Assembly (NCBI GenBank): GCA_951406725.2
Contig: OX597839.1
Span: 7,068,001 to 7,132,000, forward strand
Direction of reading: 5' to 3'
DNA: 64,000 nucleotides
Source: Octopus vulgaris
Lineage: Eukaryota
The position numbers and the translations under genes are program-made. This document shows positions 45,034 through 57,990 of this stretch, in pieces. Every line of letters begins with the position of its first letter. Position 1 is the stretch's first letter. The notes below the pieces were generated by a model. It was given only the letters and a program-made list of their open reading frames with translations. It made no database searches and had not been told where the DNA came from.

Positions 45034-47875
45034 GTCATTTGCTTTTAATCTGCATGTTTGATGCAATCACTTGCCGGGGCACACCCAGCGCCCTAGGGCA
45101 AGTGAAGGTTAAGAGTTGTTGAAATATAGCTGAAAGCTTGGCGAGGGGAAGTAGAGAAATATCTCCATGTAATACAACACAAACATTTACATTGATAGGG
45201 TTTTTCTAAGGATGTGGGCAGTACTTGTTAGCACAATATTTTGGATTTCCTTGAGACATGGTTCTCCAGGGATATTGTCTAGGTGTTTCTGACATCCCTT
45301 TTTTTATCATACCTAGGGCACCTACAATAACAGGAACAGTTTTTGTTTTAAGATTCCACATCTTTTGTATTTCGATTTCCAGGCCCTTATATTTACTAAG
45401 TTTGTCAAATTCCTTTACAGATATATTTTTATCAGTGGGGACGCTTACCTCTATTAGTCTGCAGGTATTTTCTTCCCTGTCTTTAACGATTATGTCTGGT
45501 CGATTAGCCTTGATCGTTCTGTCAGTGTTGACTGGAAAATCCCAGAGGATGGTGACATTTTTACCTTCAACAACTGGCTGAGGATGGTGTTCATACCAGT
45601 TAGCAGTAGTGCCGAATTTGTAGTGTTTACATATCTACATATCTTCCAATGTATATACTGTCCTACCCTATCGTGGCGATTTTTGTATTCGTTTGGTGTC
45701 AGCACAGGACATCCCGAAACGAGATGGTCTATAGTTTCATCAAATGTGTCGCAGAATCTGCATTTAGGGTCAGTACCGTTTCGGAGAACGTTAGCCTGGT
45801 AATTTCTGGTAAACAAGCTTTGATCTTGTGCTGCCATTATGAAACCTTCAGTCTCTGCTTTCAATCCAGAGCTCTTCAGCCACTGATGGGTTGTTGCTTG
45901 GTCTACATCAGCATTTTGGCTTCGGAGAATATATTGTCCATGCAGGGGCTTCTGGCTCCACCGCCTCTCAATTTGATTCTGCCCGTTCTTCTTTGCAGTC
46001 TGCTTGATTCGCTTTGCTTGCTTGGTAGCAGTGGTTTCCGGCTCTTCATCTGATTCAAGGTTAATGTCTAGTTCCCTGTCGAACTTATAAGCTTCCTTGA
46101 CAATAGAATGCAGCTTTTTGCTGCTTTCGTGTTCGCACACAAGTCGCAGCATCCAGTCCTTTGTACTAGATAGGTACCTGTTCATTCCTACAGTGGAGGT
46201 CTTATAGCACAGCTCTAATTGCATCATCCACCCCCCACTGCTTCTAGGTAGGTACAGGCAGTCTACATCTACCTTAGGGTGGTGCATGTTCTTGGATGTC
46301 AGTAATTTTCTTGTCTTCCTGTCCAAGCGTTGGAGTTCCGTAAGGTTCCAGCTAATGATGTTAAAACTGTACTGGACTACTGGAAGTGCCAGGGTGTTAA
46401 TGGCCTCAATGCAATTTTTGGAGTTGAGTTCAGTCTTCAGTACAAGCCTTATTCTCCTATAGTATTCCTTTCTTATTTTTTCCTTCATAGTAGCATGATA
46501 TATACCATCTCCTTCGTTGATTCCTAGGTATTTGTAACTTTCTTGTGGGTCAAGTTCCTTGATGGTAGTGTCAATATCTAATTTAACAGAAGCTGATTGC
46601 CTGAGCTTGCCTCTTACAAAGGTTGCTTTAGCACTTTTATCAAGGCCAAAATCCATTCCGATATCATTGCTAAACTCTTTAACAGTTGTTAGCAGCCCTT
46701 CTAGCTCTTGGTTATACCTGGCAAACAGCTTTAGGTCGTCCATATAGAAAAGGTGGTTTATTGACTTACTAAAAACTTTGTACCCATATCTGGTACTATC
46801 CAATTCGTTTGAGTGTGGGATCAGTGCCATGCAAAAAAGTAATGGAGAGAGGGAATCACCTTGAAAGACGCCTCGTTTGATGTTGATGCTGTTGGACTGG
46901 CTCATCCCATTACTATGGCTTAGAAAGAGACGTGTGTTCCACATGGTCATGCTATTCTGTAAGAATTTTGAGACGACAGGAGAGATCTTGTATATCTCAA
47001 GGGCCTTGAGTATCCATTTATGTGGGACACTGTCAAACACTTTCCTGTAGTCTATCCATGCCATACTCAGGTTTTTGTTTTTGCTCCGGCAATTCTCTAC
47101 AATCATTCTGTTTATGAGCAATTGGTCTTTGCACCCATAAGAGTTTCTTTTACAACCTTTTTGAGCTTGTGGAAGGATAGAGTTTTGTTAAAGGAAAGCG
47201 TACATTCTCTCCGTTATTATGGATGTGAGGATTTTGTAGATGGTGTTGAGACATGTTATTGGCCGGTAATTCTTTCGGTTTTAGGTAATAGGTAGGTGGT
47301 TCCTTCAGTCAGCCAAGCAGGTATTTGCTCTGGGTTCTGAATGACATCAGACAGAGATGCAGCGAGATTTTCGTGTACCTCTGTCAAACAATTCAGCCAG
47401 AAGTTAGGGATCCGATCCAGTCCTGGGGTTTTCCATTTATGAGCCTTCCAAAGGACACATCTTAGCTCCTCTATTCCTATTGCTTCCCATTTCTGTTCTT
47501 CAAGTTCATCTAGTCTCTCTTTCTCACGTTCTATCCATCAGCCTCAGCACTAAACTCTTTTTCGTTGCTCCATACCTTCTTCCAGAACTCCTCCACTTCC
47601 TCAATCTTAGGTGGATCTTCTATGTGTATTTTATTTTTGCCAATTTCCCTATAAAATATTTCTTTGCATCTGTCTTAAAAAATTTATTTTGTCAATAAAA
47701 TTTATTTCTTTTGTCATACCTTCTAAGCCGTTGGGCTTTCAACTGTATCCGTTATTTCTAGAGTTCCTTAGTTGCAGGGAGGTTTATGAGATCTTTGATT
47801 TTATATTTTTGCTTGATTTTTCTAGCTTTTCTCGACTTAATATTCACTCCTCTAGCAAGCTCATCGAGAACTGAA

Positions 47876-47876
<1 letters not shown>
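45034..47876 (-). mobile_element. 5'-truncated R4/Dong-clade non-LTR retrotransposon inserted in a (TAA)n microsatellite
   Basis: Minus-strand RT, CCHC and RLE coding sequence plus about 150 bp of 3' UTR, bounded on both sides by long (TTA)n tracts (44888-45033 and 47877-48040). TAA-repeat targeting is established for Dong elements. Confidence 0.9.
45187..47870 (-). pseudogene. Disrupted RT/RLE polyprotein of the R4/Dong element
   Basis: ORF 45490-47121 has AWIDYRKVFDSVPH, GVFQGDSLSPLLFC, HLFYMDDLKL, YKYLG and CRFC..ETIDHLVSGC..RHD. After a frameshift near 45600 the reading continues ILWDFPVNTDRTIKANRPDIIVKD..LIEVSVP..KLSKY..PVIVGALG..STAHILRKTLSM* (stop at 45187-45189). Upstream frames contain EGTTYLLPK and NYRPITCLNTIYKILTS with frameshifts and stops. 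Confidence 0.92.
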
Positions 47877-47938
<62 letters not shown>

Positions 47939-47975
47939 GTTATTGTTATTGTTATTATTATTATTATTATTATTA

Positions 47976-48040
<65 letters not shown>

Positions 48041-48046
<6 letters not shown>

Positions 48047-48271
48047 CCTTTTGAGCGGGATGGGTTACTCGACCTGAAGAAAATTCTAACTGGGCCCCAC
48101 CTGCAAGGTCATGCGATATTTATCTTGATATGAGATAACTATGTCGCGCATATATGGTTGTGATGCATGTGCCTGGTGTACCCTTATCAGACGGGTAGTC
48201 ACGATGGGTATACTGGGCTTCGTATATTTTACCCCAGTGTCACTTTGATGGCATGCACTGATCTCTCACTC
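48041..48271 (+). mobile_element. 230-bp insert between (TTA)n and (AAT)n, probably the 3' end of a TAA-targeting retroelement
   Basis: Non-repetitive sequence ending CTCTCACTC directly followed by (AAT)n; the repeat polarity switches across it. Confidence 0.5.
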
Positions 48272-48386
48272 AATAATAATAACAATAATAATAATAACAA
48301 AAACAACATCAACAACAACAACAATAATAATAATAATAATAACAACAATAATAATAACAACAACAATAATAATAATGATAATAATA

Positions 48387-48446
<60 letters not shown>

Positions 48447-48456
48447 TAACAATAAC

Positions 48457-48526
<70 letters not shown>

Positions 48527-48764
48527 TCTTTATCGTCCTCATCATCATAGCATAAAGTAAATGCCCTATGGTATTGGAAAATTAATGAAAAATTAATGTT
48601 TTCTGTGCCCCGCCAAATGAATCCTTATTTAAAAATGGTATCGAAATTATGTAAAGATGCTGATGGTTTATTGTAACCCTGGCATCATTCCCTGTCAAAA
48701 ACAAAACGGTCATAGCGTACTCATAATGTCTATACACATAGTAATGTAAGTAATGTTATAAGAA

Positions 48765-49175
48765 TGACTATTGCAGTTAGTCAATAATCGTAAATGCTAC
48801 GATATCAAGTGGTTCAGCGTCAATTATTGTATGTCAATGTTTACAATTGCATTCCAATGCTTATAATAGTGTGTCACTGATTGTATTAGGGTGTCAATGA
48901 CTGACGAGTATGTCAATGGCTATGTCAATGATTATTACTGAGCCAATGTTTATCATAAAATGCCGTGATTATAATCATGACAATTTTTATAATAAAGTGT
49001 CAATGACTGTATTAGGGCGTCGAAACTACTAATAATGTGTCAATGACTGGAATAGTGTGTCACTTATCAACTTCTATATTGGTATACCAAGATCTGTAAC
49101 AACGTGTGAATGACTAATTAAGTGTCAATTACTGTTAATGTATCAGCTACGCTAATAGTGTGTTAATAACTGTAA
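48765..49175. repeat. Degenerate minisatellite with a period of about 20 bp
   Basis: Recurrent GTGTCAATGAC/ATGTCAATG core about every 20 bp; GTGTCAATGACTG occurs three times. Confidence 0.7.
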
Positions 49176-49319
49176 TATTAAAATTAATTCGTTTCTCCTT
49201 TCAATTTTTACATGTTCCATGATTAAGTGGGACGGCTACAAAACCAGTTATCTCCCATGAAACGGTTGCAGAGAGATTGGGTATTTAACATCACTACAAA
49301 TAAGTTCTATCAAAAGGCA

Positions 49320-50795
49320 GAATATCCACTCAAAGTGGAGCCAACCATACCTGGGGAGAAAATAGGTACTGCTATGTTATTTAACTGGTGAAGAACATGA
49401 AACTCACAAATGGACATTTCTTGTTAGGATCTTGGATGGAAGCACTCCGTCGGTTACGACGACGAGGGTTCCGGTTGATCCGAATCAACGGAACAGCCTG
49501 CTCGTGAAATTAACGTGTAAGTGGCTGAGCACTCCACAGACACGTGTACCCTTAGCGTAGTTCTCGGGGATATTCAGCGTGACACAGAGAGTGACAAGGC
49601 CGGCCCTTTGAAATACAGGTACAACAGAAACAGGAAGTAAGAGTGAGAGAAAGTTGTGGTGAAAGAGTACAGCAGGGATCACCACCATCCCCTGCCGGAG
49701 CCTCGTGGAGCTTTTAGGTGTTTTCACTCAATAAATACTCACAAAGCCCGGTCTGGGAATCGAAACCGCGATCCTATGACCGCGAGTCCGCTGCCCTAAC
49801 CACTGGGCCATTGCACCTCCACTTGTTAGAATCAAAGCTGTTTGACACCGCTTGAAGGCCCTGTGGTTAGGTATTCGATGTAGGCTATTCAATCTACGAA
49901 ATTTTGCCGTAGGAAAATTGGCCATAACGATATTCGGTTTAAATGACCTCATCACATTTTTTTAATGTTTGACTTTCAATAAAGACTTGCCAATTTAAAA
50001 CTTTTATGAAACATTTTGTCATTCTGTATTTTATGTTTAAAAAAAAATGCTGATGTAAATCGATTTTTCATCATCCATTCTGCAACATATGGAATGGAAA
50101 TAAACACTATAATAACGAAAACCAGGCCAATCAAGAAAAAACATCTCCTAATATAATGATTTCAAAATGTGGCACAAGGCCAGCAATTTTGTGGGTCAAT
50201 TACATCGAACCCTGTGCTTAATTAGTATTTATTTTATTGACTCCAAAAGGGATGAAAGGCAAAGTGGTACATCAATAGAACAAATTTTAATTGGCAAGTC
50301 CCTAAACCCTTGCATCAGGGTACAGGCGCTGCAGCCATGCAGCGTACCTAGAGCGAAAGAGCCTGGCGGAGCTCTTCGCTCTCCAGGATAAAATCATTTC
50401 TACTGCTGAGTGGACTAAAGCAACGTGAAATGAAGTGTTTTGCTCAAGAGCACAACGGATCACTCGGTCCAGGAATCGAAACTACAATCTTACGATCGTG
50501 TGTCCAACATCCTAACCACTGAGCCACGCGCCTTCACACAAATTTGAATTTGAATTTTGGATTTATGTAATCTGAAAATAGCAAATTTGAAGCTGAAATT
50601 AGATGAAGAATAGAAATTGTGAGGAAAATATTTGAAAGCATTGAATAGCCTAGATCGAATACCTAACCAGAGGGCCTTCAAGCGATTCTACCAAGAAATG
50701 TTCATTTGTGAGTTTTATGCTCTTCACCAATTAAATAACATAGCAGTACCTATTTTCTCCCCAGGTATGGTTGGCCCCAATTTGAGTGGATATTC
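49320..50795. mobile_element. Long-inverted-repeat element (arms of about 155 bp) with nested SINEs
   Basis: 49320-49431 plus about 49847-49892 is the reverse complement of 50641-50795 with scattered mismatches; the left arm is split by a family C SINE. Confidence 0.75.
49432..49822 (-). mobile_element. SINE family C copy
   Basis: Near-identical to 10174-10557; TSD TTGTTAG(G/A)ATC at 49421-49431 and 49823-49833. Confidence 0.9.
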
Positions 50796-50799
50796 ACAG

Positions 50800-51380
50800 T
50801 ACTGGACGCTTTGAAAATATGGATATTGATGGAAACTGTGTCTGCAAAACTGGGAGTGCCTTCACATCAGCAAATTAAGTAAACAAGTAGCATTCAGTGA
50901 GCTATGACAACAAGTGTTGCATTTGATCCGATAAACCGAACAGCCTGCTCGTGAAATTAATATGCAAGTGGCTGAGTACCCCACAGGCATGCGTACCCTT
51001 AATATAGTTCTCAGGAAGATTCAACGTGACACAGAATGTGAGAATGCCGGTCCTTTGAATTACAAGTGCTGCTCTTTTTTGCCAGCTTAGTGGACTGGAG
51101 CAATGTGAGATAAAGTGTCTTGCTCAAGGACATATCGCTTCGCCGAGAATTGAACTCACGTCCTTACGTTCGTGAACCAATTACCATTATTACAGCACAA
51201 GGTATAGAATGGCTATTACTCGAAAATATAGCTCGTAAACGCTCGAGAGGATGACCTTGAACAAACTGGTTTGATAACATCAAGGACTGGACTATATTAT
51301 CATTAGGTAAATCTATATGAGAACAGAGAAAAGTCACGAATGGAGATATCTGATGTTCAGCTTTCTGAAAGCAGATGATA
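50800..51380 (+). mobile_element. Highly decayed RTE LINE C-terminal fragment interrupted by a SINE
   Basis: RKRSRG*P*TNWFDNIKDWT at about 51234-51295 resembles the RTE GRP..W.DNIK.WT motif; an LDA..W-like remnant lies near 50805. Confidence 0.55.
50920..51180 (-). mobile_element. Chimeric SINE: family D CORE-like head plus family C tail X
   Basis: ACAGCCTGCTCGTGAAATTAA..GTGACACAGA (tail X) is joined to GGACTGGAGCAATGTGAGATAAAGTGTCTTGCTCAAGG (family D head/CORE). Confidence 0.75.
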
Positions 51381-51737
51381 CCAAATGATGATCATGATGA
51401 ATATATGCAAGATATGTAGGAAATAAATGTCGAAAACGGAGGGCGGCATGAAGGAAATCAATCCCCTTTGTTGGTTTGTTAGTCTAATAAACTTAGTCAT
51501 GAAAAACAACTGGTTATAGAAGAGAAGGATTTTAATAGTTTTACGGGAAGTATTTAGCGGATTTCGGTTTTGGTGATAACACAGTTTCGCTAAATAATTA
51601 GCCATCAAAAATACAAACAATTATTCAGAAGCTTGATGGAATAGGCATAGTCGTGGAGTTAAAGATAAACACGAATAAAACTAAAGTTATGAATAGAGAG
51701 TGAGATGATAAAAAGATTGTGTCATTGATTGGGTGCT

Positions 51738-51837
51738 NNNNNNNNNNNNNNNNNNNNNNNNNNNNNNNNNNNNNNNNNNNNNNNNNNNNNNNNNNNNNNN
51801 NNNNNNNNNNNNNNNNNNNNNNNNNNNNNNNNNNNNN
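51738..51837. other. Assembly gap (100 N)
   Basis: Run of N. Confidence 1.
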
Positions 51838-51891
51838 TACGTATGCAGACACCCAAATAGATACATAGATACCTACATACATACATGCATG

Positions 51892-51994
<103 letters not shown>

Positions 51995-53894
51995 TTGTAT
52001 GCATGTATGTATGTATGTATGTATGTATGTATGTATGGTGTTTGAGGGCAAAAGAAGAATTAGAGAAAAAATAATAGACGGGAGGGAGGTGGCGAAAGAA
52101 CGAAACAAAGAAAAGAAATAAAACATAACAAAAAAGACAGACAAAAATAGAGCTAAAAGAATAAAAAGGAAAGCTGAACTGAACACAACCGCACCGCATC
52201 TTGATTCTTGAAAAAAAGTAAAATTGGGTAAATGGCAACAAACAAATAAGGAAATCTGGGAATACCGAAGATAGCAGCAACAAAGCATCAGAATATAATC
52301 CGAAATATATAGTTTAAAAAAAAATAACTGAATGTAAATAAATAAATACGTATATAAATAAATACTGTCTAAAAAAAAATAAATGAAGAGGTAGAAACGG
52401 ACGTAGTGTTGTAAGTAATAAAACTACCCCGCTACCCCTTTGAAAAGTTCCTCTGTGTGTGCGTATGTGGGTGTGTGTAGTTATATATTATACGTGAGGT
52501 GGTATATGAGCACGCGTATGTATAGGTATGCATATGTGTGTGCGCGTGTGTGTGTGTATGTGTGCGCATGCGTGAAACTGTGTTATACTATATGTGTGTT
52601 TATGAGTGTGTGCTTTGGTGTGTGCCTGTATATATATATATATATGTAAGAGAGATTGTGTTGTGTGAGTGCATGGGTGTCTATGTACGCATGCACTCAT
52701 ACCTGAATGTATGTATATATATATATATATAATAACAAAATAAAAATAAAAAATATGCATATATACATACATATATGTACGTACCTACATGTATATGCAT
52801 ATATACATGCATATATGGGTACAGGACACCAAAAATACGTCGAACACAATGAGAAACGTAAACATAAAAACAAAACCAAGGAAACGGACATTTTTTTTAA
52901 ACAACGAAAAAACAGAATACAAGACATACAGCACAAGGAATAATCCCCTTCGTCTGTTGACCCTGTTTCGTCTACTCTGTGTTTCGAAGGTAAAGGCGAG
53001 ACACGATTTCGTTGAAACAGTCCTTCCCACAAAATGCAAATTAAATAAAATTTGACATTTTTTGCGGATGGGTAAAAGTGGTAACAAAAAAAGGACAGTA
53101 AAAACAATACAAATAAAAACAGTAAAAGACAGGACAAGGAGAATAACAAGTAAGTTTTATCTTATGTATATATACACACTTATATATATATAAGTTTTAT
53201 TCTATATTATCGCAGCGTACGTGCACCAAATCCCTTTATGTTTGTCATATCTCCACCCTTGCACGACTTCTTTAACTTTCTCTTTCCCATCCGCCATTGC
53301 TTCTTCACCAAGGTATTTTGGCGCTTCTTCACCAAGTTATTTTGGCGCCTCTTCCTCCCATCCTCTCTATTTTTTTCTTTCTCTCTCTCTTGGTCATTGC
53401 TTCTGTTCTCGGCCCTCCTTAATCCCCTCTCTCTCTGTCTCTCTTTCTCTCTCTCTCTCTCACCTTCTTGCAACCTGCTGCTACTAAGCCATTCCATTGG
53501 CGACAGCCGCCTGTTCTACACGTGTCACCTCTACCGAAAAGGTAATCGCTTTCCACGCTTGCTGATCAATTGTTTTTGTCCCATTTTGTCTCAAAGTGGT
53601 AAGACGCCCCTTGTCATTCTTGTTTTTATTCGTTACTGTTTCCAATTTTATCTTCGTCTCTTGGTTTCCTATTCGTCTCTATTGTCACATTCTTTCCTTC
53701 TACCAAGGAAATCCTAATGCCCATAAGCTTAGCTTTTCCTTGGGGCTGGCCGTTTTGGAGCAAATCTCAGAATTAAACAGCCGAAATTTGCCATGATGAA
53801 TCGGTTTCTGACTGAAGAATGAAGGCTCTGAATGACTGTCTGTTTTCCGTGTTCGTCAATTCGTGTATTTCACGTTCTTTATATATAAAGTTTT

Positions 53895-53966
<72 letters not shown>

Positions 53967-54543
53967 TATACATATATTTATACATATACGTGCATATATT
54001 TATACATATACATGCATATATATGTATATGTATGTACATATGTATGTACACACACACATACACGTAGATGACTATAGACAAACTCACACATAAATACATT
54101 TTTCTCACATTCTCTCTCTCTCTCTGTAATTAATACATATGTATCTATCACTATTAATACAGTACTGCACGGTAATGACTTATATACATTTTTAATATAC
54201 TTTGTAAGATATTATGGTTGCACAACGAAATACCGTGGGCTTTGAAATCATTGATATGCATCTATAAATTTAAATTACATATATGCATAAATACATATAT
54301 ATATATACATAAATATATATATATATGTATAAATATATATGCATTATGCATATATATATATATTCATATATATATAAATTAGAGAAAAACCACTATTATG
54401 TAATTCAAACAATGATAGACGTAAATCATACCATATAGAAAAAATAAAATATATGATAAAACATTTACCTAGATTAATACTAAATTGAATTTTTCCCTGT
54501 AAATTTGGAGTTACACTCCCTAATATTACTACCATTATTACTA

Positions 54544-54655
<112 letters not shown>

Positions 54656-54914
54656 TATAATCATGTATGTGTGTATATAAGCATATACATGTATTTGTGG
54701 GTTTGTGTGTGGGTGCATGTGTATATGTACGTGTGTGTGTGTATAGGTGTGTAGTAGACATTTGTGCATATCATAAAGAGAAAGAAAGCGGTCAATACAA
54801 ATGTAGTGGTTTAAGATATTTCATTCATTGTTCATTACAAGCAGAAACTCCATATGATGCCTCATGGTTCTGATCATCAGGGGATGATCGTCTCAAGGTA
54901 ACACAAATGTAAGG

Positions 54915-55071
54915 AGGTTCCAGCTTGGTTAAGAAGCTGGATTGGCAACCATGTGTTTTCGGTTTCAGTTCCACCACGCGTCACCTTGAGCATGTGTCTT
55001 CAACTGTAACCCCTGGCAGACAAATCCCTTTTGAGTGAATTTAGTAGACGGAATCTGTTTGGAAACCCTTC

Positions 55072-55131
<60 letters not shown>

Positions 55132-55650
55132 TAGAAAAAAACACCTTTTATCAATTCAAGATGAACAATTAAATTATACCATCTAGAAAATTACATATAA
55201 TAGAAATATTAAAATTAAAATAACAATAAAATACCGAAAATTAAATTGCAAAAAAATAATAAAAACGTATTTATTATTTTTTTGCAATTTACTTAATCTT
55301 CGGTATATTATTGTTATTTTAATTTTAATATTTGGACAATTGTCTTCAACGAAAACCACGGGCCAACTAAATCCTTGTGAGTAGATTTAGTAGAAAGAAA
55401 GTCAAAGAAGTATGTCGTATAGATGTGTGTGGGGGATGAGGGTGATTGTGTTTGTCTCCACCAACGCTTTACAACCGGTGTTCATGCTTGACATCCTTGT
55501 AACTTAGCGGTTTGACAAAAGTGTCCGATAGAATAAGTAACACGCTTAAATTAAATAAGTACTGGGATAGATTCATTCGACTAAAAATTCCGCAAGGCGA
55601 TGCTCCAGCATGGCTGTAATCTAATAACTGAAGCAATTTAAAGATAAATA
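54915..55650 (+). mobile_element. Two diverged family A SINE segments separated by (TA)n and a fold-back insert
   Basis: Head to body at 54915-55075, then (TA)n, an AT-rich insert with a hairpin, then body to tail at 55335-55650. Confidence 0.65.
55204..55333. repeat. AT-rich palindrome (arms of about 60 bp)
   Basis: AAATATTAAAATTAAAATAACAATAA..TTGCAAAAAAATAATAAA pairs with TTTATTATTTTTTTGCAA..TTATTGTTATTTTAATTTTAATATTT. Confidence 0.85.
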
Positions 55651-56365
55651 CAAAACACGTAATATAATGTAAACCTACATTTCCGTAACAAAGGCAAGAC
55701 GGTCATGGTAGGAATGTATTTGATAATAGATGTTCTCAATCAAGTTTGTCCTGCGGCTAAATACCACAACTAGAGTAACAGCATTAGCAACATTAACTAG
55801 CATCAAGTCAATGTTTCACATAAGTAGGGCAAATACTTAAATCGCAGCGATAGACCCCTTCCAAAACCTTTCCCAAAAAAACCCCTTTCAAAAATGACCT
55901 AAATAAAAAAGAGTGATCATAAGTGTTTGGAAACAAAAGCCCCGCGTCACTATAACGTCGTTCTTGCGTCCACTCCCTGCCATAGATAAAAATCTAACAC
56001 AAAACAGCAAACAATAAAGATAAAAAATAAAACACTGCGTTTCAGGAAGCACCAAATTGCTGAAGCTAAACACTATACAGTTTCTTAATCATTCTTTCAG
56101 TGTATTTGCATGCTCGGCAGAGCACTTATAAAACTAGCCTGGAGCTCATTATGACGAGTTGAAGGCGCATTGGCGTCCAATGGCCGTCAGAACGCGCTTG
56201 GGCGATCGTCCTCTCAACAGTTCGAGTAAAACGCTTAAAGTCATACGAAAACTAGTCATGTGGCTAAATATTTATTACAAATATTCGTATATCATACGTA
56301 TACGGATATACGCACACCACACGCTCACACAAGTGCGCATAAAGGCATATACACATATACACGTA

Positions 56366-56514
<149 letters not shown>

Positions 56515-56638
56515 GAAAAATACAAACTGGGACAAGATCGTAAAACATTTAGAAGATGATGCAAAAAACACGGACGGGACATTCGAAGCCTTCAATCTTC
56601 AGTCAAGAACCGGATCATCCTAGCAATTTCGGCTGATT

Positions 56639-56790
<152 letters not shown>

Positions 56791-56950
56791 TTCACATAGA
56801 AACACATAGATGCATACACGTGTGCGTTTGTGTGTGTATATATATACATATATATATAAAGTTTCACATAGAAACTCATAGATGCATATACGTGTGCGTG
56901 TGTGTGTACGTGTACCTATACATGTGTGTATGCATATATACACAAATATA

Positions 56951-57310
56951 GTGAAGGCACATGACACAGTGGTTAGAGTGTCATGCTCGTAATAATGAAG
57001 TAGTGAGTTCGATTCCCGGACCGGGTTGTGCGTTGTGTTCTTGAGCAAGACATTTTATTTCGCGTTTCTCCCAGTTCTCACTTAGCTGTAGAAATGGGTT
57101 GTGACGTCACTGGTGCCAAACTGTCTCGACCATAACCTTTCCCTTGGATAACATCGGTGGTATGGAGAAGGGAGGTTGGTATGTTAATGGATGACTGCTG
57201 GTCTTCCGTTAAGAACCTTGTTTGGACTTTTGCCTCAAAGGGGAATATTCTAGGTGCAATCCCATAATCATTTCGGTCATTCATGACAGAAGGGGAACGT
57301 TACCCTTTTC
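56951..57310 (+). mobile_element. SINE family D, diverged copy
   Basis: Collinear with the reverse complement of 39243-39579. A head-only family D fragment also lies at 50390-50537(-). Confidence 0.85.
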
Positions 57311-57368
57311 TACGCAAACACATAGACACTTTAAAGTATGCAAGAATATATATATATGTATATATATA

Positions 57369-57538
57369 GGCGCAGGAGTGGCTGTGTGGTAACTAGCTTG
57401 CTTACCAACCACATGGCTCTGGGTTCAGTTCCACTGCGTGGCACCTTGGGCAAGTGTCTTCTACTATAGCCTCATGCCGACCAAAGCCTTGTGAGTGGAT
57501 TTGGTAGACGGAAACTGAAAGAAGCTCGTCGTATATGC

Positions 57539-57572
<34 letters not shown>

Positions 57573-57804
57573 TTGTGTGTTTGTATGTCTGTGTTTCTCC
57601 CCCCCCCCCCACCAACATCGCTTGACAACCGATGCTGGTGTGTTTACATCCCCGTAAGTTAGCGTTTCGGCAAAAGAGACCGATAGAATAAGTACTAGAC
57701 TTACAAACAATAAGTCATGAGGTCGATTTGCACGACTAAAAGGCGGTGCTCAGCATGACCACAGTCAAATGACTGAAACAAGTAAAGGAGTAAAGAGTAA
57801 AAGA
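57369..57804 (+). mobile_element. SINE family A, full length
   Basis: Same head, body and tail as the 12050 copy. Confidence 0.9.
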
Positions 57805-57990
57805 CTATGAGCATGTATAGATATGGAGCTATATGCATGAGAATACATACATAAAGCAAAACATACAAATCTGCACATCATATATACATTCATACATTCA
57901 TATATACATCATATATACATCATATATACATCATATATATACATCATATATATTCAAATATACATCATATATACATCATACATTCATATA

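Noticed and set aside
53207-53717. 159-aa and 96-aa ORFs
   Set aside because: Low-complexity F/S/L or R/E/K composition arising from CT-rich sequence and a dispersed repeat.
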